From contig CAUSLO010000001.1 of the NCBI GenBank assembly GCA_963532875.1, forward strand, positions 17,867 through 81,866: a stretch of 64,000 nt of DNA, written 5' to 3'. This document shows, one piece after another, positions 43,062-54,100 of the stretch. Position 1 is the stretch's first letter, and every line of letters begins with the position of its first letter. Below the pieces are notes generated by a model. The model searched no databases, was not told the origin of the DNA, and saw only the letters and a list, made by a program, of their open reading frames with translations. The DNA comes from an uncultured Clostridia bacterium (GTDB lineage Bacteria; Bacillota; Clostridia; Christensenellales; CAG-917). Position numbers and translations under genes: made by a program.

Positions 43062-44118
43062 AGATTGTTGATAAAAGAGCAAGGTATGCTACAAACCCAG
43101 CGATGAGAATGCCACCTTGCCAACGTCTAAATTTACCAGATATTAATGTGGGGAAGAGTGCTAATGAACATGTCGCTAAACAAAATGGTAAATCTAGTTG
43201 TAACGTTTGAGTACTTACAGGCAATGCCTTGCCAGAAATAAAGGCACAAATAGGTAGAATTAAAGTTATATCAATTATATTAGCCCCAATTACATTTCCT
43301 ATGGATAAGTCAGATTTCTTTTGAGCAATAGATGTTATTGTAGTTACTAATTCAGGTAAAGAAGTTCCGACGGCAATTATAGTTACTGCAATTATACGAG
43401 AAGATACACCGACGCCAAGTGCGAATTTTTCGCCAAATATAACAAGCAGTTCAGCTCCGCCGATAATTCCGCCAACGCCAAAGAAGAAGTAAAAAAGATT
43501 AGTAAATACTTCTTTTTTTGAGGTTTTTGATTTGAGTTTAAGTTTAATGATTTTACCATTACCAAGTAACTTAAATTCGTTACTACTATGTACATAGTTG
43601 TATTCATCAACATCAATCGTGTTAGCAAGACAAAATTTCTTTTTATATTGACGCATCGTCATTAAAATGTTTTCGATGATAAATATTACGAATATTCCAA
43701 TTGGGATTAGACTGTAATACAAATTAAGTTCTTTTTTTGTAAATACTATTAACCATAGTGAAAGTATTGCAATAACCAATAAGAAAAATTTAGCGATATA
43801 TTCTCTGCGTTTAATAGCCATTGGTATAAACAAAATTGATAATGCCATTATAAGGGCGATATTGGCATTTACAGAGCCAATAGCATTACCTATTGCAATA
43901 TCTACCTTGCCCTGACTAGCAGCGATTGAAGATACGATTATTTCGGGTAAAGTAGTTACAAACGAAACAAGAGTAGCCCCAATAATGAATCGAGGGACAC
44001 CAAGTTTTTCAGCAATCCAAGATACGCTTTTTACAAATGTATCACCACCGAAAATAATTAGTATTAGACCAATTACAATTAAGACAAAAAACAGTGTAAT
44101 GCTTGTTGCTGACGCCAT
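43054..44118 (-). CDS. Ca2+/cation antiporter (CaCA family, YrbG-like Na+/Ca2+ exchanger)
   Basis: 354 aa with two alpha-repeat regions: IGATLVSFVTTLPEIIVSSIAASQGKVDIAIGNAIGSVNANIALIMA and IIAVGTSLPELVTTITSIAQKKSDLSIGNVIGANIIDITLIL. Confidence 0.88.
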   Translation of the reverse strand: MASATSITLFFVLIVIGLILIIFGGDTFVKSVSWIAEKLGVPRFIIGATLVSFVTTLPEIIVSSIAASQGKVDIAIGNAIGSVNANIALIMALSILFIPMAIKRREYIAKFFLLVIAILSLWLIVFTKKELNLYYSLIPIGIFVIFIIENILMTMRQYKKKFCLANTIDVDEYNYVHSSNEFKLLGNGKIIKLKLKSKTSKKEVFTNLFYFFFGVGGIIGGAELLVIFGEKFALGVGVSSRIIAVTIIAVGTSLPELVTTITSIAQKKSDLSIGNVIGANIIDITLILPICAFISGKALPVSTQTLQLDLPFCLATCSLALFPTLISGKFRRWQGGILIAGFVAYLALLSTIFN

Positions 44119-44202
44119 ACAAGTATTGTATATAATATATAAAATAAATTAAAGTACCAGCACGAAGTTAGTGTAATTCATTTTTAATTTATATATTGGA
44201 AA

Positions 44203-44211
44203 TGCTATACT
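44203..44211 (+). promoter_or_regulatory. candidate extended -10 element upstream of rpsU
   Basis: TGcTATACT. The -35 is poor (TTTAAT at 44183-44188, 17-nt spacing). RBS GAGGAGGTGA at 44231-44240. Confidence 0.35.
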
Positions 44212-44245
44212 TTACATGTTATTAAACAGCGAGGAGGTGATATTG

Positions 44246-44431
44246 ATGTCTAGAGTAGAAGCAAAAGAAAACGAAACATTAGAAATGACACTTAGAAGAT
44301 GGAAAAGAAGATGTGCTCATGATGGTATCATTGGTGACCTTCGCAGAAAAGAAGCATACGAAAAACCAAGTGTTAAAAAGAAAAAGAAAGCAGAAGCAGC
44401 ACGTAAAAGAATGTTCGCAAAACAAAGATAA
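44246..44431 (+). CDS. rpsU: 30S ribosomal protein S21
   Basis: 61 aa from ATG 44246, directly after a strong RBS. Basic sequence with LRRWKRRCAHDGIIGDLRRKEAYEKPSVKKKKK, typical of S21. The listed start at 44216 lies upstream of the RBS. Confidence 0.9.
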   Translation: MSRVEAKENETLEMTLRRWKRRCAHDGIIGDLRRKEAYEKPSVKKKKKAEAARKRMFAKQR

Positions 44432-44525
44432 TTAAACGTTTAAATTTTCAATTTTTAAACATATGAGTAACAAATCCGTATAAAGTACGTTGTTTTATTT
44501 TATCCAAATCGAGATATTCGCTTTA

Positions 44526-44555
44526 TTGACTAAAACCTTCAGAATAAAGTATAAT
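44526..44555 (+). promoter_or_regulatory. near-consensus promoter for the PEPCK gene
   Basis: TTGACT (44526-44531), 18-nt spacer, TATAAT (44550-44555). RBS AAGGAG at 44592-44597, ATG at 44607. Confidence 0.55.
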
Positions 44556-44606
44556 TTAAGTGATTTGTTTTCTCAATGTTTGAGAAAAATTAAGGAGAAA
44601 AAAAAG

Positions 44607-46373
44607 ATGGAATTTTTAAGTAAAGGTCTAACAAAATTTGTTAATGATTCAGTGGCATTATGTAAACCTGATAAGGTTGTTTTAATTGACGGATCGGAGG
44701 AGCAATTAGAACAATTAAGAGCAGAAGCATGTTCAACTGGTGAGATAATTAAATTAAATGAAGAGAAACTACCTGGGTGCTATTTGCACAGAACTAAAGA
44801 AAATGACGTCGCACGTGTAGAAGGTAGGACATTTATTTGCACAAAGAAAAAAGAAAACGCTGGACCAACAAACAACTGGATGGCTTCTAAAGAAGCATAT
44901 GCAATGTTAGAAAAACTTTACGATGGAGCAATGAAAGGAAGAACAATGTATATCATTCCATATTCAATGGGAGCAGTTGGCTCACCATTCTCAAAAATTG
45001 GTATTGAATTAACAGACTCAATATATGTCGTTTTAAACATGAATATAATGACAAGAGTTGGACAAAAAGTTTTAGATCAACTTGGAAAGAGCAACGATTT
45101 TGTAAGAGGTTTGCACGCAAAGGCAGATATTGACGCAGAAAAGAGATATATTTGTCAGTTTCCTGAAGACAATATGATTATGTCAGTTAACTCAGGATAC
45201 GGCGGAAACGTCCTACTAGGAAAGAAGTGTTTTGCACTTAGAATCGCTTCTTATTTAGGTAACAAGGAAGGTTGGCTTGCTGAACATATGTTGATTTTAT
45301 GTTTAGAAAAACCAAACGGGGAAAAGAGATATATCGCAGCGGCATTCCCATCTGCTTGCGGAAAGACAAATTTAGCAATGTTAATTCCACCAAAAGAATT
45401 TGCCGATAAGGGATATAAAGTATATACAATTGGTGATGACATTGCATGGATTAAAATCAAAGATGGAAAGATGTATGCAGTAAACCCGGAGAATGGTTTC
45501 TTTGGAGTTGCACCAGGAACAAATGAGAAGTCAAATCCTAATGCTTTAGCATCTACAAGAAAGAATACAATCTTTACTAACGTTGTTCACAATACAAAAG
45601 ACAATACTGTATGGTGGGAAGGATTGGATAAAAATCCACCAAAAGAAGCAATAGACTGGAAGGGAAATCCTTGGACAGAAAAAGAAAGAGCAGAAGGCAT
45701 TAAGGGAGCACACCCAAATTCAAGATTTACTGCACCTGCAATTAATTGCCCATGTATTTCTGAAGATTTTGAAAATCCACAAGGTGTACCATTAGATGCA
45801 ATAATTTTTGGTGGAAGAAGAGCAAAGACAGCACCATTAGTATATGAAGCAAGAAGTTGGAATCATGGTGTATTTATTGGATCCATAATGGCTTCTGAAA
45901 CGACAGCAGCAGCAAGCGGAGCAGTTGGTGTTGTTAGACGTGATCCTATGGCAATGTTACCATTCTGTGGTTACAATATGGGTGATTACTTTAATCATTG
46001 GATTAAATTAGGTAAAAAAGTAAAACATCAACCTAAGTTCTTCAATGTAAACTGGTTTAGAACAGACGAAAAAGGTAACTTCCTATGGCCTGGGTTCGGA
46101 GACAACATGAGAGTTCTAGATTGGATTATCAAAAGAGTTGATGGCGAAGTTGAAGCAAAAGAAACACCAATCGGATTTATTCCAGATGCAAAGGATATTA
46201 ATGTTAGTGGCTTAGATATGAAAGAAGAAGACGTTGCAAATCTTTTAACAATAGAAAATGATTTGTGGGCTGAAGATGCTAAAGGAATTGAAGAGTTTTA
46301 TGCAAAGATTGGAAAGACTTTACCTAAAGAATTAGCAGTTGAATTAGATACACTTAAAAACAATCTAAAATAA
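44607..46373 (+). CDS. pck: phosphoenolpyruvate carboxykinase (GTP)
   Basis: 588 aa from ATG 44607. GTP-PEPCK motifs AAAFPSACGKTNLAML (P-loop), GDDIAW, NPENGFFGVAPGT, HPNSRFT, FGGRR, NWF. The listed 44490 start adds a non-conserved extension that overlaps the promoter. Confidence 0.93.
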   Translation: MEFLSKGLTKFVNDSVALCKPDKVVLIDGSEEQLEQLRAEACSTGEIIKLNEEKLPGCYLHRTKENDVARVEGRTFICTKKKENAGPTNNWMASKEAYAMLEKLYDGAMKGRTMYIIPYSMGAVGSPFSKIGIELTDSIYVVLNMNIMTRVGQKVLDQLGKSNDFVRGLHAKADIDAEKRYICQFPEDNMIMSVNSGYGGNVLLGKKCFALRIASYLGNKEGWLAEHMLILCLEKPNGEKRYIAAAFPSACGKTNLAMLIPPKEFADKGYKVYTIGDDIAWIKIKDGKMYAVNPENGFFGVAPGTNEKSNPNALASTRKNTIFTNVVHNTKDNTVWWEGLDKNPPKEAIDWKGNPWTEKERAEGIKGAHPNSRFTAPAINCPCISEDFENPQGVPLDAIIFGGRRAKTAPLVYEARSWNHGVFIGSIMASETTAAASGAVGVVRRDPMAMLPFCGYNMGDYFNHWIKLGKKVKHQPKFFNVNWFRTDEKGNFLWPGFGDNMRVLDWIIKRVDGEVEAKETPIGFIPDAKDINVSGLDMKEEDVANLLTIENDLWAEDAKGIEEFYAKIGKTLPKELAVELDTLKNNLK

Positions 46374-46401
46374 CTCTTATATCTGCTAGAAGAGATTCAA
46401 G

Positions 46402-48039
46402 TTGGAGTTATATAAAAAGTACATAAAAGAAGAGATAGGAAAGGATGGTCAGTTAAAGTCTATCTCTTTTTTTAATTATGAAAATTACAATTTTGGTTAC
46501 GATGTCGTAGATTACTATGCACAAAAAAATCCAAATAAAGTGGCTTTACTTTGGGTTTCAGATGCTAAAGAAGAAAAGCAGTTTACTTTCTCTGAAATAT
46601 CAAAACTTTCAAATAAACTAGCAAATTACTTCTTATCATTGGGTATAAAAAAAGGTTCAAGAGTCTTAGTTATTTTAAGGCGTCATTACGATTTCTGGAT
46701 GTCTATGGTTGCTTTACATAAAATAGGTGCAATAGCAGTTCCAGCGACGGTACAACTTAAGAAAAAAGATTTACTATACAGATTTGATGCGGCAGAAATA
46801 GATGCAATATTATGCGTATCAACCGAGGACGTGATACAAGAAGCAGAAGATGCAATAAAGGAGCAAAAAAGAAAAATAGTCAAAATAGCATCTGACGGTG
46901 AGAGAGAAGGTTGGAATAATATATCAGAAGGATATAATAATTTCTCAGACAAATTGCAAATCGACCCGATTAGAATGCCTAAAAGTTCAGAACCAATGCT
47001 TATGTTTTTCACATCAGGAACTACTGCATATCCTAAAATAGCGGAGCATATTCATACGTATTCTTTGGCACATTTTGTAACTGCTAAGTGGTGGCATTCA
47101 ATCAAAGAAGGCGATATCCATTTAACTGTTGCCGAAACAGGCTGGGGCAAAGCTGCTTGGGGCAAATTGTATGGACAGTGGCTAGCCGGTGGATGTGTAT
47201 TTGCTTTTGACTTTCGTAAGTTTGATAATTTTGAGTTATTAGAATTGATAGAAAAGTACAAAATTACAACATTTTGTGCTCCACCAACAGTTTATCGCTT
47301 CCTAATCAAGGCGGATTTATCAAAATATGATTTATCTTCTTTGCGTTATTTAACTACTGCTGGTGAGGCATTAAATCCTGAAGTCGTAACTAGAATTAAA
47401 GAAGCAACTGGACTAGAGATAAAGGAAGGTTTTGGACAAACAGAAACAACTTTGACAGTTGCAAATCTTTTAAATATGAATATTAAACCCGCCAGTATGG
47501 GGAAACCTACCCCAAATTATCAAGTAGAATTGTTAGACTCTGAAGGTAAAAATGTTGACCCAGGAATTGTTGGAGAGATATGTATTTCACTTAAAACAGG
47601 CATTCCAGTCGGGTTATTTTCAAAATATTATAAAAATCCTGCCGAAACCAAGAGGGTTATGCACGATGGTTATTATCATACAGGTGATATGGCATGGCGT
47701 GATGAGGATGGCTACTATTACTTCGTGGGTCGTAAGGATGATATTATCAAGTCAAGTGGCTACAGAATTTCACCTTTTGAGATAGAATCAGTTCTTATGG
47801 AGCACAAAGCAGTGTTGGAATGTGCAGTAATAGGAGTTCCCGATCCAATTAGAGGACAAGTTGTAAAGGCATTTATTTTACTTTCTCAAGGTCATGAACC
47901 ATCAGAAACATTGAAAAAAGAGATACAAAATTATGTAAAATCCTCAACAGCACCATATAAATACCCAAGAATCATTGAGTTTGTAGAGAGTTTGCCAAAG
48001 ACAATTTCGGGGAAAATTATTCGTACACAACTTCGTTAG
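46402..48039 (+). CDS. AMP-forming acyl-CoA synthetase/ligase (medium-chain/acetate-type adenylate-forming enzyme)
   Basis: 545 aa. AMP-binding motifs FFTSGTTAYPK, EGFGQTE, YHTGDMAWRDEDGYYYFVGRKDDIIKSSGYRISPFEIE, LPKTISGKIIR. TTG start as listed; substrate not assignable. Confidence 0.85.
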   Translation: MELYKKYIKEEIGKDGQLKSISFFNYENYNFGYDVVDYYAQKNPNKVALLWVSDAKEEKQFTFSEISKLSNKLANYFLSLGIKKGSRVLVILRRHYDFWMSMVALHKIGAIAVPATVQLKKKDLLYRFDAAEIDAILCVSTEDVIQEAEDAIKEQKRKIVKIASDGEREGWNNISEGYNNFSDKLQIDPIRMPKSSEPMLMFFTSGTTAYPKIAEHIHTYSLAHFVTAKWWHSIKEGDIHLTVAETGWGKAAWGKLYGQWLAGGCVFAFDFRKFDNFELLELIEKYKITTFCAPPTVYRFLIKADLSKYDLSSLRYLTTAGEALNPEVVTRIKEATGLEIKEGFGQTETTLTVANLLNMNIKPASMGKPTPNYQVELLDSEGKNVDPGIVGEICISLKTGIPVGLFSKYYKNPAETKRVMHDGYYHTGDMAWRDEDGYYYFVGRKDDIIKSSGYRISPFEIESVLMEHKAVLECAVIGVPDPIRGQVVKAFILLSQGHEPSETLKKEIQNYVKSSTAPYKYPRIIEFVESLPKTISGKIIRTQLR

Positions 48040-48114
48040 ATTACTTATTTTGCTATTGTATTAAACGCTCATTTTTTTGTATTATTAATATATATAATAT
48101 AAAGGGTGGTCGTT

Positions 48115-51100
48115 ATGAATATTTCTAGTAAAAAAAACATTAAACTTTTTAATAGAATATTTTTCTTTATTTTATTGCTTGCGATGCTGGTTTCAATTTT
48201 TTTCATCAACAGCAACGTTAATAAAGTATTTGCTGCTTCGGGAGAGCATGGGGGTAGCGATATAGTACCTCCATATACTTTTGATAAACTAGTGAATACT
48301 GGGAATGACACATATGAGTTTGATATGAAGACTCATTTGAACGAGCCACATGGAGATTTTTCTTGGTTTTCTGATGTGCCATATACCCATAATGGTAATG
48401 GCGATAATAGTTACACAATCCATAGAAATGATGGTTCAGGGGAAGACACCGTAAAGATGGTTTTAAATTACAAGATTCCAGAAGAGATAAAGAACCTTTT
48501 AGAACGATATCCAAATGCTTTTGAATTAAGTTATACAGCGACGGTTAATTTGAATGATAGTAATGGAAGATTATACTATGCATTTATCGGTGCTTTAAAA
48601 GGAAGCGATTCATTTTCTTCAACTAATCTTCTTGGAGAAAAGACTAAAAGTTTCGAATCATTTGTCAATACGCACGGATCAAATCTTCAATCTAGTAGCA
48701 GAAAGCCTAGTTATAGTGGGGCTTGGGATTATACAAGTAACTTAACAGGGAATTTTTCGTCAACACTAAATGAAACCAATAAATATATTTCGCTTCTATA
48801 TTACAATTACACATGGGGATCAAAAAAATATCATCCAAAAAATTTAAAAGGAAGCGTTTCAAATTTTAAATTATTACTAAAAAGGAAAAGCACTATGGGG
48901 CTTCTTAAACCACATATTGCTGGTAATGAAAATGGATTTTCTGGTAGTAATTTGAAAAAGAAGGTTGCGGATTATGACATTTTTGGGGCGAACTATGACA
49001 ATATTTCAAACGAATATTCAAAAATAAAAAATGACGTAGAGTCTAGATTAGATAGTATTGAAATAGATGGTCAAAAAGCAAAAGTAGATATGCTTTCTCT
49101 AGCAAGTAAGATAATAGAGAAGGACGGAAGAAATTGTTATAAATGGGCTTCTTTTGTTTTTGAGGACTGGACAGCGTTAAATGATGAGATGACAGCAAAG
49201 TTTATAGATCCGTCTCAAGACTATAAACAATTAAAGGCGTTAAAAATTGGAGACGAGACTGTTCAACTAACGCACGACAAATCCAGCGGAACAATCAAAG
49301 TGGATGGTGAAGAGGTTGGACAATATGAATATGAAAAAATAGGATCAAAAGTCAGATTAACGCTATATCTGACTAAAAATGCGGTTTTTGAAGTAATTGC
49401 AATAAATCAATTTGATGTTGAATATAAAGTTGAATGCAAGTTCAATGGGATACATCAATCTCAGACAATAACTGGTGTAAGCGATACGGAGTTTGCATCT
49501 TCAGATAATTTAGGTAGCGTTAGTGAATGGCTTCACTCAAGTACAAATGGATCCTTTGATGTAACTCAAGCAGATGATGATTCTGGCTTTAACATGTTCT
49601 ACTATGCTATTTCAAGAAGTAACGATGGTAACTTCGGTTCAGCAAATAGTTTTGATTTAAATGATTTGAAAGGCAAAATGCCAATAGGTTATGGCAAGAT
49701 GCCTAAAATTTCATATGATGCAACTACTGGTTTTATCAATGGCAAAACGCCAATATTCTCAAGTGGCGGAGTTACACAAACTGGATATTACAGACTAGAA
49801 ATAGTTTCCCTAAGTTTAGGTGGGGGAATTTCTAGTGTAAAGACCGTATACTTTAAACTTGATAAAGACGAGCCAACAACTACAATTAAGAAGCTGGTTG
49901 GCGATACGAATGAAGTTGTTCAGACTGTAGATAATGAGAAGTGGTTCAACAAAAAAATGACTGTTGAGTTTTTACTTACACCAAACATCACAGGGAATTA
50001 TATTGAATATACTTTTGGGGATGACCAAGTAAAATTATATTTCAAAAACAATAAAATCACAGGAATAAACGAAACAAAGAATTTAAGTGAGACCCAAATA
50101 ACACAGGATGGCATTCAATACAAGATAGAGCAATCAGGAACACAAACAAAAATCACGGCAATATTTGGGGATACACCAAACGCACAAGGCGTATATCCAA
50201 ATGTAAACATTAAGAGTGAATTCAAGACATACGTTGGTGAAAATGATGAGCATCCAAATCCACTATTCGCAAAGAATACGGAGTGGGGCAATAAGGTTTG
50301 TATTAGAGTTGATAGAACAGCCCCTGGCGAAGTAAGTATAAACGATGAAGATGAAATTGCATCTAGTACGTATGGTGATGCAAAGTGGTATACAGACAGG
50401 TGGATTAAGAAGTTTGAGTTTGAATTAAATGCAGAAGAACTTGGAAGCAGTTTAGGAGAAGATTACAAAGACATTACTTTCTATGCTGGTATTGCTAAAG
50501 GAGAATTTCCACAACATAATGGCAACAACCTTGATGATGTATATACAAGTTTGCAAGATGGCGATGTAGATAATTACTTCAGCAAAGTTATGAGAATAAA
50601 AGGAAGTCAAATTAAAGATTCATTCTCTAAGGATTTTGATCTTGATTTGGGAGACAATAGTTATGGTAACAGAACAATGTACTTCTGGATTAAAGACCAA
50701 GCAGGGAACGTTGGGGCTTTATACAAGAGATATTTAAAAGTTGACCCAACAAAATATCAATTGAGAACAGAATTCTATAGAGCCGGGCTCGCAGAAAACA
50801 GTGAATACATGCCAGAAATGCAATTTGTTAATGAAGAAGGCGATGAAGTAAGTGTAGCGAAACGTGGAGAAAAGATTAAAGTAACTACCACTTTATCGGA
50901 CAAACTTGCATCATATAAGTTATCTACTAAATTTGGTAAGACAGATTCAACAGCAGTTACTCAGTTATTAGAACAACCAGCAGAACACTTTAAATCAACA
51001 TATTTCCATCCTAGTTCTTTAATAAATCCAAACTCACCTTTATCTGGCATTGATGAAGGGTCATTTATGTATGATTTGGGATTTGGAGATGAGACTAAGA

Positions 51101-54100
51101 AGTTCACAGATGGAGCAAATGGAGTAGGTAACGAACAAAATGTAATTAGATTTAAATATGAGTATAAAAAAATTGTTAGTTATCAAATCAATACATTCGT
51201 TTCAGAATATCTAGGAGAAAACTTTAAATTAAATACTGAAATTGATGAGGATGTTGATAGCGAATTAGAAGTACTTAAAACCTTATTTGAAACCTCAACA
51301 GGTATTGTAAGTTTCACAACTAAGGACGATATACCAGTTGTTGGTAAAGTAAATGTTGGTCAGTACAAAGTTAAAGTAAGTCTTGAGAATGCATCTCAAC
51401 AATTGAAAGACGCATACATCATAGAATCATTTGAACATGACTATACAATCGTAAAGAGAAATGCAACGGTAAGAGTAAAGAAAAATTTAGAAAAAACATA
51501 TAAACAATCAATGAATTTAAATGATCCATCTAATATTGTATATGAGATACAAAATCTAGTTGGAGAAGATGCAAATGAATTTAATACAACAGGACAATTA
51601 ACTGGATTAAGCGGAACTGTTAAGTTAGAAACAGCAACAGCGATGGAAGACTTGAATGTTGGGTTATATAAGGTTATCGCAGATCAAGAGTTTGATCATC
51701 AGAACTATCAATTTGAGTTTGTAGAAGGCAACTTAAATGTAAAACCATTTGAGATAAATGTTAGACCACAAGATGTAACAAAGACATATAGAGATAATGA
51801 TAGTTCAGTCCAATTTGAAGTAGATGATATTGCAAACATAACAGACATTATAAGCAACATTGAAGTGGTTGATATAGCAAATAGAATATATAAAGGAAAA
51901 GATAATCAACAAGTTATCTTACGTAATTCTGGTGAAGATGTAGGAGAGTATCTATACAGAGCAACAGCAATCAATTTTGAAACAAATCCTAACTATAAAG
52001 TCAAAGTTGATATATCAACTGGTAAATTCACAATTACAAAGAGAAATATATCTCTAACACCAAAAGCAGATCAAGGAACAAAAGTTAGACAAGAAAGTGA
52101 TATAACAGAAGATTTTATAAACTCACAAGTTCCAGAGTTTGATCTTGATGATAGTAAATTTAATGGCGAGTTAGCAGGCAGTTTAGGTGTAAAATGGGAC
52201 GCTTCAGTTACTGGTACAAATAGAGATTATGATTATGAACTAAAATTAACAGAAGCATTAAACAAAAACTTTAACGTTACATTGGCAGGAACAGTGAAGT
52301 ATAAGGTTGAAGTAATTGGGGACAAGGTAATCGTAAGAAACAAGACAAGACTTGAATATGTATACGGTGATACAAATGACGTTACATATTTAGGGAATGA
52401 GGACAAGTTTGAGTTTGATGGCGTTGATGTTACTGGCAAGAATGTTACTTTAACTTGGGATGCAATAGATTACAGCAACAAGAACGTAGGCGTATATTCT
52501 GAGACAGTTGCAAATCCACAATTAACAATTGACGGTGTAATACATGAAGTAGTTTGCGAACCAATTAATATTGAAGTTAAGCAAAGAGTGGTAGATATTA
52601 AGCCAACAGTTGTTAATGACACAAAAGAATATGGTGCAGACGACGGCGAGTATGGTATTGGATACGAAACCTTAACAGACAAGGATGGCGGAGTATTAAC
52701 AGTTAATAGCGGAAGTCTTGGAAGAATGATTCAAGGTGAGGCAACTACTACAACAAAATTTGATGATATAACTGATAACAATGGTTATATATATAGTAGT
52801 GATAGAAAATATATAATAGGCGTTACTCAAGAATTTGTTCTAAGCAATTCTAACTACAGAGCAGAACTTAAAGAAGAAAAATTCTTATATATTGCAAAGA
52901 AGAAATTAGACATCAATGATGCCGGCTTTATCGGAAAGAATAAGGTATTCGACAATACAGCAAAATTTGACATTGATTATGAGACAGAAAAAATATATAA
53001 CTTGGCAGTAGTTAGACCTAATGAAGCATATTTATATGCAAGAGAAACATACTATGCTGAAGTTGGAAGCGACGAGTTATCAAGTTCAAAAGGTGCAAAA
53101 GACATCATATTCAAGCAGATTTCACTCAGAGGCGAAAAGGCATATAACTATCAGATTTTGAAGAGTGGTCAACCAGTATCTCAAAACGATATGTTCAGAA
53201 GCACAGGACACATGATTGAAGATGTTGAAACTATCAAGTTGAAAAAGGGGTGGTTTAGCATTAATAAACAATATGACGGAACAAATGAAATAAATAACGG
53301 TGATGTGTCGATAGCACAAAGGTTATTATCTAACCTTGAGAAGCAAATTATCAATGCAACAAAATTTAGTTCAGAAAGAGTTGGAACTCAAGAGATATTA
53401 AATGAAGTTAAATTCTTATTTAAGAATGTAGATGCTTCAGCAGTTACGCTTGAAATTGCATCTGGTGAATCAGATATTTCTGTTGAGTATGAAGGAAGCC
53501 AATGGGTAGTAACTGTAAAGAATATTCCTGGAAAGATTATACCAAGAGAAATAACTCCAAATGATATGGATATGACTGTTGAAGGTAGCAAAGACTTTAC
53601 AAATATCACAAGAGAATATAATGCTACAAAGAACGTTACTATTGAAGGAATACTTAAGAATCAATCAGGTATTTATGCAGGAGTAAAACTTACTTTCAAG
53701 GCAGAAACAGAATCTAAAGATGTTGGAGAGTACACAATTTCAGTTACAAACATATATTCAAACAATGAGAACTTCACAGCAAAGAATGATGTATTTACTG
53801 AGTATTTCTTGAGAAGCAAAGTAAATATTACTAAAGCAAAATTGTTGCCAGAGATTATATTTAGAGAAAGAGGTGCTGAATATAACGGAACAACATATCT
53901 AGATGTAACAGATGATGAAACCGAATTTGAAAGAGATAAGAGTAAGGTTGCGTACGTTAGCGGAAAGGCTACAGTTAAATCTGATAAGAACTTACCAATT
54001 GAATTAAAAGAAGAGTTATCAAAAATCAAATTGAGCGTTTCTGGATCATTTACTCTATCAAAAGACGGAATTAAGAATAAAGATGTAAACTTTGAAGGTG

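Noticed and set aside
44437-44460. The AT-only inverted repeat GTTTAAA...TTTAAAC after rpsU, considered as a terminator.
   Set aside because: It is a 7-bp stem of almost only A-T pairs with a 9-nt loop, so it is too weak to call. Such palindromes are frequent in AT-rich spacers.
44490-44606. The N-terminal extension of the PEPCK ORF given in the ORF track.
   Set aside because: The extension overlaps a near-consensus promoter (44526-44555) and precedes the strong RBS at 44592-44597. The conserved protein starts at ATG 44607.
48070-48098. A promoter for the 3,240-aa gene (TATAAT at 48093-48098).
   Set aside because: There is no acceptable -35 at 17±1 nt. The predicted start would also fall on or after the RBS at 48101-48109, so the match is likely a chance one in a TA-rich spacer.
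48130-48137. An A8 homopolymer in codons 6-8 of the 3,240-aa surface-protein gene, considered as a slipped-strand phase-variation switch. Similar tracts are A8 at 3927-3934, 4396-4403 and 1781-1788, and T8 at 13085-13092.
   Set aside because: Runs of 7-8 A or T are expected many times by chance in DNA this AT-rich, and here they encode Lys runs. Without population data showing length variation there is no evidence of phase variation.
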